Below are positions 27,609 to 36,652 of a stretch of 46,171 bases of DNA, one piece after another. Below the pieces are notes generated by a model. That model was given only the letters and a program-made list of their open reading frames with translations. It did not search any database and was not told the origin of the DNA. Source of the stretch: an uncultured Lachnospiraceae bacterium (lineage in GTDB: Bacteria; Bacillota; Clostridia; Lachnospirales; Lachnospiraceae); the NCBI GenBank assembly GCA_946630825.1, contig CAMOZG010000001.1:1-46171 (forward strand), in the 5' to 3' direction. The position numbers and the translations under genes are program-made. Positions within the stretch are counted from its first letter, which is position 1, and every line of letters starts with the position of its first letter.

Positions 27609-28580
27609 CTATCCCAGATGCTCTCCTATCTCCACGGAGTATCCGTTTAGGAAGTCATTTACAGCCATCCTCTTTTTACCCTCAATCTGAACCTCTTTGA
27701 TGGATAAAAAGCCCTCTCCGGTCTGCACCACCAGATGATCCTTGTCCACATGGACTATGGTTCCTGGTGCGGTCTGGTTGGCAAAGATATTTCCTATAAG
27801 CTTTTCCCCCAGCATATTCTCCAGAAACGGATCTCTTTTCGCCTCCCATATCTTCATGGTGGCGGCACCGAACTTGGTAAAGGTGCCGGGCCAGGGTCTG
27901 AGTCCCCTGACATATCTGCTTATCTCATCAGCACTCTTTTTAAAGTCGATATTGCCCATCTCCTTTTTGATCATACCCACATAGGAAGACTGGCTCTCGT
28001 CCTGGGGATGGTGCTCCGCCACTCCGTTTTCTATGGCATGAAGTGCCATGCAGCACAGATTTCCCCCTACTGTGGAAAGCTTGTCAAAGAGGGTGCCACC
28101 TGTATCGTCGGGAGCGATAACCACCTCTTCCTGCATGATTATGTCTCCGTCATCTAAGCCTTCGCCCATCTGCATTATGGTCACACCGGTCTTTTCGTCT
28201 CCGTTTAGAATAGCCCACTGGATGGGGGCAGCTCCCCGATATTTGGGAAGCAGTGAGGCGTGTACATTTATGCAGCCGTATCTCGGCACTTCCAAAAGCT
28301 CCTTGGGAAGGATCTGTCCAAAGGCAGCCACCACAAATATATCTGCATTCACCTCACGAAGCTCCGAGATCACATGAGGATCCTTTACCGTATCCGGCTG
28401 ATACACCAATATCCCATGCTCCTCAGCCCAGACCTTTACCGCAGGGGGAGTCATCTCTTGATGTCTGCCCACCGGCTTGTCAGGCTGTGTCACAGCCAGC
28501 ACCACATTGTGTCCATCCTTAACCAGAGCCTCCAGCGTGCCAACTGCAAAATCCGGGGTACCCATAAAAATTATGTTCAT
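27609..28580 (-). CDS. fmt: methionyl-tRNA formyltransferase
   Basis: 323 aa. IIFMGTPDFAV, NVHASLLPKYRGAAPIQWAI. Confidence 0.95.
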   Translation of the reverse strand: MNIIFMGTPDFAVGTLEALVKDGHNVVLAVTQPDKPVGRHQEMTPPAVKVWAEEHGILVYQPDTVKDPHVISELREVNADIFVVAAFGQILPKELLEVPRYGCINVHASLLPKYRGAAPIQWAILNGDEKTGVTIMQMGEGLDDGDIIMQEEVVIAPDDTGGTLFDKLSTVGGNLCCMALHAIENGVAEHHPQDESQSSYVGMIKKEMGNIDFKKSADEISRYVRGLRPWPGTFTKFGAATMKIWEAKRDPFLENMLGEKLIGNIFANQTAPGTIVHVDKDHLVVQTGEGFLSIKEVQIEGKKRMAVNDFLNGYSVEIGEHLG

Positions 28581-28617
28581 TTAAGCCTCCTAAACCGGAA
28601 AATCCTAAAAAAGATAT

Positions 28618-29103
28618 TTAGTCTTCCTCTTCCTCATCCTTCATCTCGTAAAGCGGTCCCTGTGCAAGTTCTGTATACATATGACCCTTTAAATGATCGA
28701 TCTCATGACAGGCTGCCCTGGCAAAAAGTCCGTCACCCTCCATATTTATGGGTTCCATATTCCGGTCCAGTGCTTTTACCACCACATGCATGGGTCTGGT
28801 CACATCCCCGTACAATCCGGGTACAGACAGACATCCCTCGGGGCCGGTCTGTTCTCCGTCTGATTCTGCCACACTGGGATTGATAAGCACTATGGGCTCA
28901 TTTTTATCCTCACTTACATCCATAACAACGATCTGCTTAAGGACTCCCACCTGAGGCGCCGCAAGCCCCACACCCTCATTGCTATACATGGTTTCAAGCA
29001 TATCGTCAATTAACTGCTGATCCCGGTCCTTTAGCTCCTTTACCTCCCGACATTCCCTGAGAAGTATGGGATCTCCCTGCAATCTGATCTCTCTAAGTGC
29101 CAT
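28618..29103 (-). CDS. def: peptide deformylase
   Basis: 161 aa. GVGLAAPQVG, EGCLSVPG, HEIDHL motifs. Confidence 0.95.
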   Translation of the reverse strand: MALREIRLQGDPILLRECREVKELKDRDQQLIDDMLETMYSNEGVGLAAPQVGVLKQIVVMDVSEDKNEPIVLINPSVAESDGEQTGPEGCLSVPGLYGDVTRPMHVVVKALDRNMEPINMEGDGLFARAACHEIDHLKGHMYTELAQGPLYEMKDEEEED

Positions 29104-29114
29104 ATTTTTCCTTC

Positions 29115-31340
29115 CTACATAAAATCCATAGGGTCAAAGTCAAAGCTTACATACGCTTTGGAATAGCCCCTTTCATTCAAAAGATATCTTTCCAGCCGGT
29201 CCTTTATAAAAACCAGCCTGTCGTAATTTGTATTTTTTACATATACCACTCTTCGGTACACATCCCGAAGCTTGCCCACCGGTGCCATAAAAGGTCCCAA
29301 GACCACTGCACCTATTACGGACATTTCATCTATGAAGCTTTTGATGGCTGCTGCCCTGCCTGCTGCCTGTCCCTCCTCCTCTGAGGATATCATTATGGAA
29401 AGCATATGGGAAAAGGGAGGATACTTCATAAGCTTCCTGTATTCCGACTCCCGGGCATAAAAGCTCTCATAGTCCTGGGCTGCCGCGGAGGTGATGCTGT
29501 AATTGTCCGGCTGATAGGTCTGTATCACCACATCCCCGGGGATATCACCCCGGCCTGCCCTGCCTGCTGCCTGTGTAAGTATCTGAAAGGTACGCTCCCC
29601 TCCCCTGTAATCTGAGGAGTTAAGGGATATATCCGCAATCATGATCCCCATGAGAGTAACTCCGGGAAAATCATGACCCTTTACTATCATCTGTGTGCCC
29701 AAAAGCACATCCGCTTCCCTGTTGGAAAAAGCCTCAAGTATCCGTCTGTGTCCATCCTTGCCTCCGGTGGTATCCGCATCCATCCTAAGGACTCTGATAC
29801 CGGGAAAGCTTTTTATAAGCTCATCCTCTATGGACTGGGTCCCCACCCGAAATCCACGTATATATGCTGAACCGCAGTTGGGACAGCTCTTCACCTGGGG
29901 CATGGAATACCCGCAGTAATGGCAGGTCAGACGTCCGCCTCTGTGAAGTGACAGTGACACATCACAATGAGGACATTTTATCACATGTCCGCACTCACGA
30001 CAAGAAACAGAAGAAACCAGTCCTCTTCTGTTTAAAAAAAGCATGATCTGCTCCTGCTTTTTTAGTCTGTCTTTGATATGCTCGGAAAGGAGCCCGGAAA
30101 ACATGGTGCGGTTTCCCCTTTTGAGCTCCTGCCTCATATCCACTATCTCACAGTGGGGCAGGCTTCTTTTAGATACCCTGTGAGGCATATCCAGCCTGAT
30201 ATACTCGCCGGCCTCTGCCCTTTCATAGCTTTCCACAGAAGGGGTGGCGGAGCCTAAAACCACAGACGCCCCCGTCATCCTGCCTCTTTGTATGGCAGTT
30301 TCCCTGGCGTGGTATCTGGGGATCTGCCCGGACTTATAGGAGTCATCATGTTCCTCGTCTATAATGATCACACCCAGATTTGAAAATGGGGTAAAAAGAG
30401 CGGATCTGGGACCGATCATAACAGATATGTCACCTGTTTTTGCTCTTTCAAACTGGTCATACCGCTCTGCCGGAGTCATGCGGCTGTTTATGGTGGACAC
30501 CCTATCCTTAAACCTGCGGTAAAACCGGACCAGCGTCTGATAGGTCAGAGATATCTCCGGGATCAGGACTATTGCCTGCCTCCCCCCGGATATCACCTCC
30601 TCTATGATCTGCAGATAAACCTCTGTCTTGCCGCTTCCGGTGACTCCGTACAAAAGAAAGGGCTTCTTTTCATCACGTCTTTTTTTGTAGGTTTCAAGCA
30701 CCTCCATTTGCTCCGGGGTTAGCATAGGTCTTTCTTCCTCCTCAGGCAAATTACCGGTGGGGAGGCGAAATTCCCTCTCCTCTATTATCTTAACAAGCCC
30801 TTTGCTTTCCATATCCCGGATAGCAGCGGCAGGGATCATAAGCTTGTTTCTCACCATATCCCAGGACAGCTCCCTGTCGTTTATCAGGGCTCTTAAAAGC
30901 CTCTCCTTGGGGATGCTGTGGTTTTTTCTGGCGCACATATCGTCCAAAATATCTTTGGCTTCTCCCTCTGCGGGGATCAGACATATGGTCTTTTTAAGCT
31001 TTAGTGCCTGTTTTTTCTTTACCGGTATCACCGTCTTTAGAGCCTGACTCATGGTACCGCCGTAATTGGATTTCATCCATGCCGCTAATCCTATGAGCTG
31101 ATCCTCTATGGCAAGTTCTCCCTGAGGTGTGCCGGTGATATCCTTTATCCGGGAGGGATCTATCTCCGGTGTATCTGACAGTCCCGTCACATAGCCTGTC
31201 ATGCTCCGGTCTCCCCCTCCAAAGGGAACCACCACCCGGCTTCCGGGTCTTATGGTGCCCTCCAGCCTTTTGGGAATTGCATACTGGAACGGCCGATCCA
31301 GCTTTTCATGTGAAATATCTATGATAACATCCGCGTACAA
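29115..31340 (-). CDS. priA: primosomal replication-restart helicase PriA
   Basis: 741 aa. N-terminal 3'-DNA-binding domain (ADVIIDI...LDRPFQYAIP), Walker A GVTGSGKT, DEEH box, and Cys-rich zinc region (CRECGHVIKCPHCDVSL...CHYCGY...CPNCGS). Confidence 0.95.
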   Translation of the reverse strand: MYADVIIDISHEKLDRPFQYAIPKRLEGTIRPGSRVVVPFGGGDRSMTGYVTGLSDTPEIDPSRIKDITGTPQGELAIEDQLIGLAAWMKSNYGGTMSQALKTVIPVKKKQALKLKKTICLIPAEGEAKDILDDMCARKNHSIPKERLLRALINDRELSWDMVRNKLMIPAAAIRDMESKGLVKIIEEREFRLPTGNLPEEEERPMLTPEQMEVLETYKKRRDEKKPFLLYGVTGSGKTEVYLQIIEEVISGGRQAIVLIPEISLTYQTLVRFYRRFKDRVSTINSRMTPAERYDQFERAKTGDISVMIGPRSALFTPFSNLGVIIIDEEHDDSYKSGQIPRYHARETAIQRGRMTGASVVLGSATPSVESYERAEAGEYIRLDMPHRVSKRSLPHCEIVDMRQELKRGNRTMFSGLLSEHIKDRLKKQEQIMLFLNRRGLVSSVSCRECGHVIKCPHCDVSLSLHRGGRLTCHYCGYSMPQVKSCPNCGSAYIRGFRVGTQSIEDELIKSFPGIRVLRMDADTTGGKDGHRRILEAFSNREADVLLGTQMIVKGHDFPGVTLMGIMIADISLNSSDYRGGERTFQILTQAAGRAGRGDIPGDVVIQTYQPDNYSITSAAAQDYESFYARESEYRKLMKYPPFSHMLSIMISSEEEGQAAGRAAAIKSFIDEMSVIGAVVLGPFMAPVGKLRDVYRRVVYVKNTNYDRLVFIKDRLERYLLNERGYSKAYVSFDFDPMDFM

Positions 31341-31347
31341 AGCCTTG

Positions 31348-32865
31348 CTATTCTCCCATTTCTTCCATTATCTCCCGGATCAGCACCCTTTCATCCATGG
31401 GGTATTTTTTTCCATGTATCTCCTGGTAATCCTCATGACCCTTTCCTGCAAGCACTATTACATCCCCGGGCTGTCCGTTTTCTATGCAGTAGCGGATGGC
31501 TTCCTTCCGATCCGGTATGGTCACATATTCTCCGGTGGTCTTTTTTATGCCCCCTTCGATTATGTCATTTATAATGTCCATGGGCTCCTCGTCCCTGGGA
31601 TTGTCGGATGTCACCACCGTAAGGTCAGCCAGCCTTCCCGACACCTCACCCATTTCAAAGCGCCGAAGCTTTGACCGGTTGCCGCCGCAGCCAAAGAGAC
31701 ATACCAGCCTTCCGGGTTCGTACTCCTTTAGGGTGGTAAGCAGGCTTTCAAGTGCCATGGCATTGTGGGCATAGTCTATCATAAGAGAAAAGTCATCCGA
31801 CACATGGACCATCTCGATCCTGCCCTTGGCATGGGCTTTTTTAAGCGCCTCCTGCATCACAGCCGCATCCACTCCGTAGTGGTGACAGATGGCTATTGCC
31901 GTTAAGGTATTATATACGGAAAAAATGCCGGGTACGTGGGCCTCTACTTTGAAATTTTCCAGCCCCACAGCGTCATATCTGATACCTAAAAATCCGTTTC
32001 CGGTAAAAAGCTCTATATTTTTTGCAGTCAGATCATTTTTCTCATCCAGTCCGTAAGTATTTACGGTACAGGTATGACCCTTTAATATGGCATCCTTATG
32101 CTCATCATCCCCGTTTACTATTCCGTGACGGCATTTTGTAAAAAGCAGGGACTTGCATCTGAGATAATCCTCGAAATCCTTGTGCTCGTTTGGTCCGATA
32201 TGATCCGGGGAAATATTTGTAAATATCCCCAGCTCAAAGGTGAAACCGTCCACCCTGTGCATCATAAGCCCCTGGGAAGAGACTTCCATGACACAGACCT
32301 CTATGCCGAGATCTGCCATGCGCTTAAAATCCCTCTGAATGATGTAGGACTCAGGAGTGGTATTTACAGCAGGGATATGCTCCTCTCCGATTATGGTCTC
32401 TATGGTACCTATAAGCCCCACCTTTTTCCCTGCATTTTCCAAAATAGACTTTACCATGTAGGTGGTGGTGGTCTTGCCCTTGGTTCCCGTAATACCGATC
32501 ACTGACAGCTTCTCCGCCGGATGGTCAAAATATGCCGCAGATAAAAATGCCAAAGCCTCTCTGGTATCCTCCACGGTTATTATATTAAGCTTTTTAAGAT
32601 CCGAATTATCCGCCAGAGAGGAAAGCTTTTTTTGAACCTCATCAGTAACAGCGGATCTTGTCTCCATTACCACTAAGGACGCTCCCGCATTTATTGCCTC
32701 GGTCACGGCACTGTGTCCGTCAAAGGCAGCTCCTTTTATACATACAAAGCAACAGCCCGGCTCTATTTTCCGGGAGTCGTATACAAGCTCTGTTATCTCC
32801 CCCTCAAGACTTCCGAATACATGCTTATACTCAAGTCTTTCAAGTAATCCCTTTATATCCTTCAT
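31348..32865 (-). CDS. murE: UDP-MurNAc-L-Ala-D-Glu:meso-diaminopimelate ligase
   Basis: 505 aa. GITGTKGKTTT P-loop, DYAHNA, and DNPR motif (SDNPRDEEP), which is typical of meso-DAP-adding MurE. Confidence 0.92.
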   Translation of the reverse strand: MKDIKGLLERLEYKHVFGSLEGEITELVYDSRKIEPGCCFVCIKGAAFDGHSAVTEAINAGASLVVMETRSAVTDEVQKKLSSLADNSDLKKLNIITVEDTREALAFLSAAYFDHPAEKLSVIGITGTKGKTTTTYMVKSILENAGKKVGLIGTIETIIGEEHIPAVNTTPESYIIQRDFKRMADLGIEVCVMEVSSQGLMMHRVDGFTFELGIFTNISPDHIGPNEHKDFEDYLRCKSLLFTKCRHGIVNGDDEHKDAILKGHTCTVNTYGLDEKNDLTAKNIELFTGNGFLGIRYDAVGLENFKVEAHVPGIFSVYNTLTAIAICHHYGVDAAVMQEALKKAHAKGRIEMVHVSDDFSLMIDYAHNAMALESLLTTLKEYEPGRLVCLFGCGGNRSKLRRFEMGEVSGRLADLTVVTSDNPRDEEPMDIINDIIEGGIKKTTGEYVTIPDRKEAIRYCIENGQPGDVIVLAGKGHEDYQEIHGKKYPMDERVLIREIMEEMGE

Positions 32866-33506
32866 TTTTGATCTCCTGCTTTATTTATTGCTTTTTCAAG
32901 TTCCTTCACCGTAAAGTACCGGTCTCCCGGATCCTCTGACATGCCCTTTTTTATGATCGCGGTAAGAGCCCGTCCACGGCTTCCCATGAAAAAAAGCCGT
33001 CTTTTGTATACTGCATCCAAGGTGGCACATATACCATACACATCCACCCTGAAGTCCAGGGATCCCATAGGCGCCATCTGCTCCGGTGCAGCATAGCCTT
33101 TGGTGCCAAAGCTGTCCTTTGGAGCCAGTCCGTCCATCACCATAGGACAGCCTCCGTCTATGTCAATAAGCACCACTCTTTTTATATCTTTCGCAGCTTT
33201 GGTTATGATCACATTTTCCGGCTTCATATCGCAATAGAGCCAGGGCGGCGTCAGACTGTGGAGGTAGGATATGGCGCTGCACAGCTTTTTTCCTATGTAT
33301 ATGACATCCTCTGCCGAAAGTCCGCCTTCCTCACCGGCAAGATCCTTTAGGGTTGTCTTTCCCACATCCTCCATGGTTATAAGGGTATCCCCCTTATCTG
33401 TTTCCTCTAGGGATATGGTATGAACTATATTTGGATGATCTATCTTAAGTAAAAATTCAAGATCCCGGGCAGGCTTTTTGCAGGTCTTTGTAAAGTAAGT
33501 CTCCAT
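32862..33506 (-). CDS. N-lobe-truncated protein-kinase-fold protein (possible pseudokinase, 214 aa)
   Basis: It aligns by eye to PrkC of this same window from helix alphaC onward (LKIDHPNIVH vs GLEHPNIVN). Catalytic-loop remnant YCDMKPEN, DIDG in place of DFG, GYAAPEQ (APE). There is no Gly-rich loop and no VAIK lysine. Only 8 nt separate its ATG from the proA stop, so no upstream extension is possible. ATGA overlap with the murE start. Confidence 0.7.
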   Translation of the reverse strand: METYFTKTCKKPARDLEFLLKIDHPNIVHTISLEETDKGDTLITMEDVGKTTLKDLAGEEGGLSAEDVIYIGKKLCSAISYLHSLTPPWLYCDMKPENVIITKAAKDIKRVVLIDIDGGCPMVMDGLAPKDSFGTKGYAAPEQMAPMGSLDFRVDVYGICATLDAVYKRRLFFMGSRGRALTAIIKKGMSEDPGDRYFTVKELEKAINKAGDQK

Positions 33507-33514
33507 GTCAGATT

Positions 33515-34807
33515 TCAGCCCTTAAAATCCTTTACTATATGAAGCTTGTCTCCGTGACCGTAGAGCTTGTATTTGTAGGTCATAAGTCCCTCTAAGCCCA
33601 CGGGTCCCCTGGCATGGATCTTGGAGGTGGATATACCTACCTCTGCTCCGAATCCGTATCTGAAGCCGTCGGCAAACCGGGTGGAGGCATTCTGATATAC
33701 TCCTGCAGAATCCACCATGTCCATAAAGCGGGCTGCTGTTTCGTCATTTTCCGTGATAATGGCATCAGTGTGATGGGAGCCAAACCTGTTGATATGATCT
33801 ATGGCTTCATCCACATCCGAAACCAGCTTTATGGATATCACCAGATCCAGGTACTCCCTGTCAAACTCCTCCTCTGCCATGATATCCTCATCCATGATCC
33901 CTGCTCCCTTTTCATCAGGAGCATCCTTTAAAATGTCATAAACCTCTTTTGTACCCCTAAGCTTTACTCCGGCATCCTGGAGCGCCTTTGCCAGTGCAGG
34001 TAAAAACTTTTGCGCCGCCTGTCTGTGGATAAGCAGAGTCTCAGTGGCATTGCAGGCTGCAGTGTACTGGGTCTTTGCATCAAGTATTATGGGTATTGCC
34101 TTTTTAATATCTGCATCAGCATCCACATAGGTGTGGCACACTCCGTCTGCATGACCCATGACCGGTATCTTGGTATGATCCATTATATATCTGACAAAAG
34201 CATTGGATCCCCGGGGAATTATGAGATCCACATCCCCCTCACAGGATAAAAGCTCGTCTATCTCACTGTGGGTCTCTGCCAAAAAAAGCGCGGACTCGGG
34301 AAGCCCTGCCTTTACGGCAGCTTCGTGAATGAGTTTAAAAAGTATACGGTTGGTATTGGCAGTTTCCTTGCCGCCCTTTAAAATGGCGCAGTTGCCGCTT
34401 TTTATGCAAAGAGTGGCGATCTGTACTAAAGCATCCGGTCTGGCTTCAAATATCACCCCAAGGACTCCTATGGGACAGCTTACCCGCTTAAGCACCAGTC
34501 CCTCCTCAAGCTCCTTTTCGTATAAAAGCCTGCCGACCGGATCCTCCAGCGCCATAAGTTCACTGATGCCGTTTTTAACTGTCAAAAGCTTTTTTTCGTC
34601 GAACTTAAGTCTTTTGTAGACTGCCTGGGATATACCCTCTTCTTCGGCACGCTTAAGATCCTTTTCGTTTTCCGCAAATATTTCTTTTTTGTTTGCCTCA
34701 AGGCTATCGCTTATAGCCACAAGTGCCCCATGTCTCATATCTAAAGAAGAAGCCGCCATCCTGTTGGATGACAGCTTCATCATATGAGCCTTACTCTTAA
34801 TTTCCAT
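33515..34807 (-). CDS. proA: glutamate-5-semialdehyde dehydrogenase (gamma-glutamyl phosphate reductase)
   Basis: 430 aa. PIGVLGVIFEARPDA, ILKGGKE, catalytic-Cys region ACNATETLLIH, NASTRFADGFRYGFGAEVGIST. Confidence 0.93.
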   Translation of the reverse strand: MEIKSKAHMMKLSSNRMAASSLDMRHGALVAISDSLEANKKEIFAENEKDLKRAEEEGISQAVYKRLKFDEKKLLTVKNGISELMALEDPVGRLLYEKELEEGLVLKRVSCPIGVLGVIFEARPDALVQIATLCIKSGNCAILKGGKETANTNRILFKLIHEAAVKAGLPESALFLAETHSEIDELLSCEGDVDLIIPRGSNAFVRYIMDHTKIPVMGHADGVCHTYVDADADIKKAIPIILDAKTQYTAACNATETLLIHRQAAQKFLPALAKALQDAGVKLRGTKEVYDILKDAPDEKGAGIMDEDIMAEEEFDREYLDLVISIKLVSDVDEAIDHINRFGSHHTDAIITENDETAARFMDMVDSAGVYQNASTRFADGFRYGFGAEVGISTSKIHARGPVGLEGLMTYKYKLYGHGDKLHIVKDFKG

Positions 34808-35021
34808 CAGACTCCACCCTTTTAATATCTATCCTCTTGGTAATCTCATCCAAAACCTCTGCCGGAACTATGCCATCCGTGTAAAGATCCATAAGCGTAC
34901 TCTCCGAGGACAAAAGCGCCGTCACATCCAGCCATGAGGCGCGCTGAAATTCTTCATCAAATATGGCAAAAATATCTCTGTTTTGTAAAATCTCAGACAG
35001 CGGCTGCTGCTTAATATCCAT
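34797..35021 (-). CDS. small hypothetical protein (74 aa from ATG 35021; 82 aa if from 35045)
   Basis: An ORF fills the efp-proA gap exactly. GAGGG lies 6 nt upstream of the ATG at 35021, which itself is 1 nt after the efp stop. Its 3' end overlaps the proA start by 11 nt. Acidic and helical-looking. I recognise no family. Confidence 0.45.
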   Translation of the reverse strand: MDIKQQPLSEILQNRDIFAIFDEEFQRASWLDVTALLSSESTLMDLYTDGIVPAEVLDEITKRIDIKRVESDGN

Positions 35022-35022
35022 A

Positions 35023-35580
35023 TTATACCCTCGATAAATACTCACCGGTACGTGTGTCGATCTTTATTACATCATCCTGGTTTACAAAGAGAGGTACATT
35101 GACCTGTGCACCGGTCTCAACTGTAGCGGGCTTTGTAGCTCCGGTAGCTGTATCTCCCTTAAATCCGGGCTCTGTCTCTGTAATGGCAAGCTCCACGAAA
35201 AGAGGGGGCTCCACTGCGAATACATTGCCCTTGTAGGAGCAGATCTTTACCATCTCATTTTCCTTGACAAACTTAAGGGAATCTCCTATGTCGGACTCTG
35301 ACAGAGCTATCTGATCATAGGTCTCTGTGTCCATGAAGTGATAGAGATCGCCATCACTGTACAGATACTGCATATCCTTACGGTCTATGTGGGCGTTTTC
35401 AAACTTCTCAGTAGGTCTGAATGAAGTCTCAACCACACCACCGTTTACAATATCCTTAAGCTTGGTACGAACAAAAGCAGCTCCCTTGCCGGGCTTAACA
35501 TGCTGAAACTCCACGATCTGACAAACCTTGCCGTCATACTCAATAGTAATACCGTTTTTAAAATCGCCGGCTGTAACCAT
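35023..35580 (-). CDS. efp: translation elongation factor P
   Basis: 185 aa. [36 protein letters not shown], including the conserved modified-Lys loop (KPGKG). Confidence 0.96.
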   Translation of the reverse strand: MVTAGDFKNGITIEYDGKVCQIVEFQHVKPGKGAAFVRTKLKDIVNGGVVETSFRPTEKFENAHIDRKDMQYLYSDGDLYHFMDTETYDQIALSESDIGDSLKFVKENEMVKICSYKGNVFAVEPPLFVELAITETEPGFKGDTATGATKPATVETGAQVNVPLFVNQDDVIKIDTRTGEYLSRV

Positions 35581-35648
35581 AATTATAAATCCTCCTAATA
35601 AAATCCTGTCATACTCACAAATACTTGCAACATTTTACACTAATTGTC

Positions 35649-36101
35649 TTAAAAATGCAAATACTTTGCTTCGATAGCCTTAATATCGGCTATACGCTCA
35701 TCATGTCTGCCTCCCTCATACTCTGCTCCAAAATAGGCATCAAGTATGGCGTGGGCTGTTTCGGTACCCACTATCCGCGCCCCGAAGGCTATGATATTGG
35801 CATTGTTATGTCTCTTTACTAAAGCTGCAGTCACCGGTTCCGAACAGACTGCCGCCCTTATGCCGGGAACCTTGTTGGCAGAAATGGATATACCCACTCC
35901 CGTACCGCAGATCAATACTCCGCAGTCCACCTTGGAGGATGCCACCGCTTCTCCCACCGCCAGGCCGTACTCGGTATAGCTGTCAGCCCCGGTACTGTCT
36001 GTACCCATATCTATGACTTCATATCCCTTGTTTTCGAGATATTCTACCACGTCCTTTTTCAGCTCCACCGCAGCGTGATCATTTCCAATCGCTACCTTCA
36101 T
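35649..36101 (-). CDS. rpiB: ribose-5-phosphate isomerase B
   Basis: MKVAIGNDHAAVELK..., LICGTGVGISISANK, catalytic Cys region. The start is set at the ATG at 36101 (GAGGAAGGTGG upstream). The ORF-track start at 36233 would run through the yqeG 3' end. Confidence 0.92.
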   Translation of the reverse strand: MKVAIGNDHAAVELKKDVVEYLENKGYEVIDMGTDSTGADSYTEYGLAVGEAVASSKVDCGVLICGTGVGISISANKVPGIRAAVCSEPVTAALVKRHNNANIIAFGARIVGTETAHAILDAYFGAEYEGGRHDERIADIKAIEAKYLHF

Positions 36102-36115
36102 AATTCCACCTTCCT

Positions 36116-36652
36116 CTATTTTTTTAGCGGCACCGGGGCATCCTCTCCCCATATGCCTTTTTTGATTCCATATACAAAAAGCACTAAAGCCTCGGCAAAC
36201 CTTTTTAGTATGATCTGTGGTTCTTCCTTCCATTTAAGCACAGGCTTTGTCATGATGCTTCTGATGCCGCTTCTGTTGGCGCCCCATATGTCCGTGAATA
36301 TCTGATCTCCGCAAAACAGTGTGGTCCCACTTTCCGTCCCAAGCCTCTTCATGGCTTCCATATATCCGGTCCTTGCAGGCTTATTGGCTTTATAGATATA
36401 TCCGGTGGCTCCCACCTCTTCCTTAAAGCTTTTGACTCTGGGCTCTCCATTATTGGACAAAAGCAGGGTCTTAAACCCCGTCCTTTTCAAGTAATCAAAA
36501 AACTCTATGGCTCTTTTGTCCCCATGGGCTCCGTGGGGCACTAATGTATTGTCCACATCAAAGATTATCCCTCTGTAGCCCTCACTGTAGAGCTTTTCAA
36601 AATCCACATCAAAGATAGAGTCCACATAGGCTCTCGGAAAAAGGCTTTTCAT
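36116..36652 (-). CDS. yqeG: YqeG-family HAD-IIIA phosphatase
   Basis: 178 aa. HAD motif I IIFDVDNTLV, motif II LLLSNN, C-terminal GDQIFTDI. Confidence 0.85.
   Translation of the reverse strand: MKSLFPRAYVDSIFDVDFEKLYSEGYRGIIFDVDNTLVPHGAHGDKRAIEFFDYLKRTGFKTLLLSNNGEPRVKSFKEEVGATGYIYKANKPARTGYMEAMKRLGTESGTTLFCGDQIFTDIWGANRSGIRSIMTKPVLKWKEEPQIILKRFAEALVLFVYGIKKGIWGEDAPVPLKK

Noticed and set aside
36102-36233. N-terminal 44-codon extension of rpiB given in the ORF track (start at 36233).
   Set aside because: The extension overlaps the yqeG 3' end and has no RpiB homology. The internal ATG at 36101 gives the canonical MKVAIGNDH N-terminus, with a strong ribosome-binding site 14 nt after the yqeG stop.
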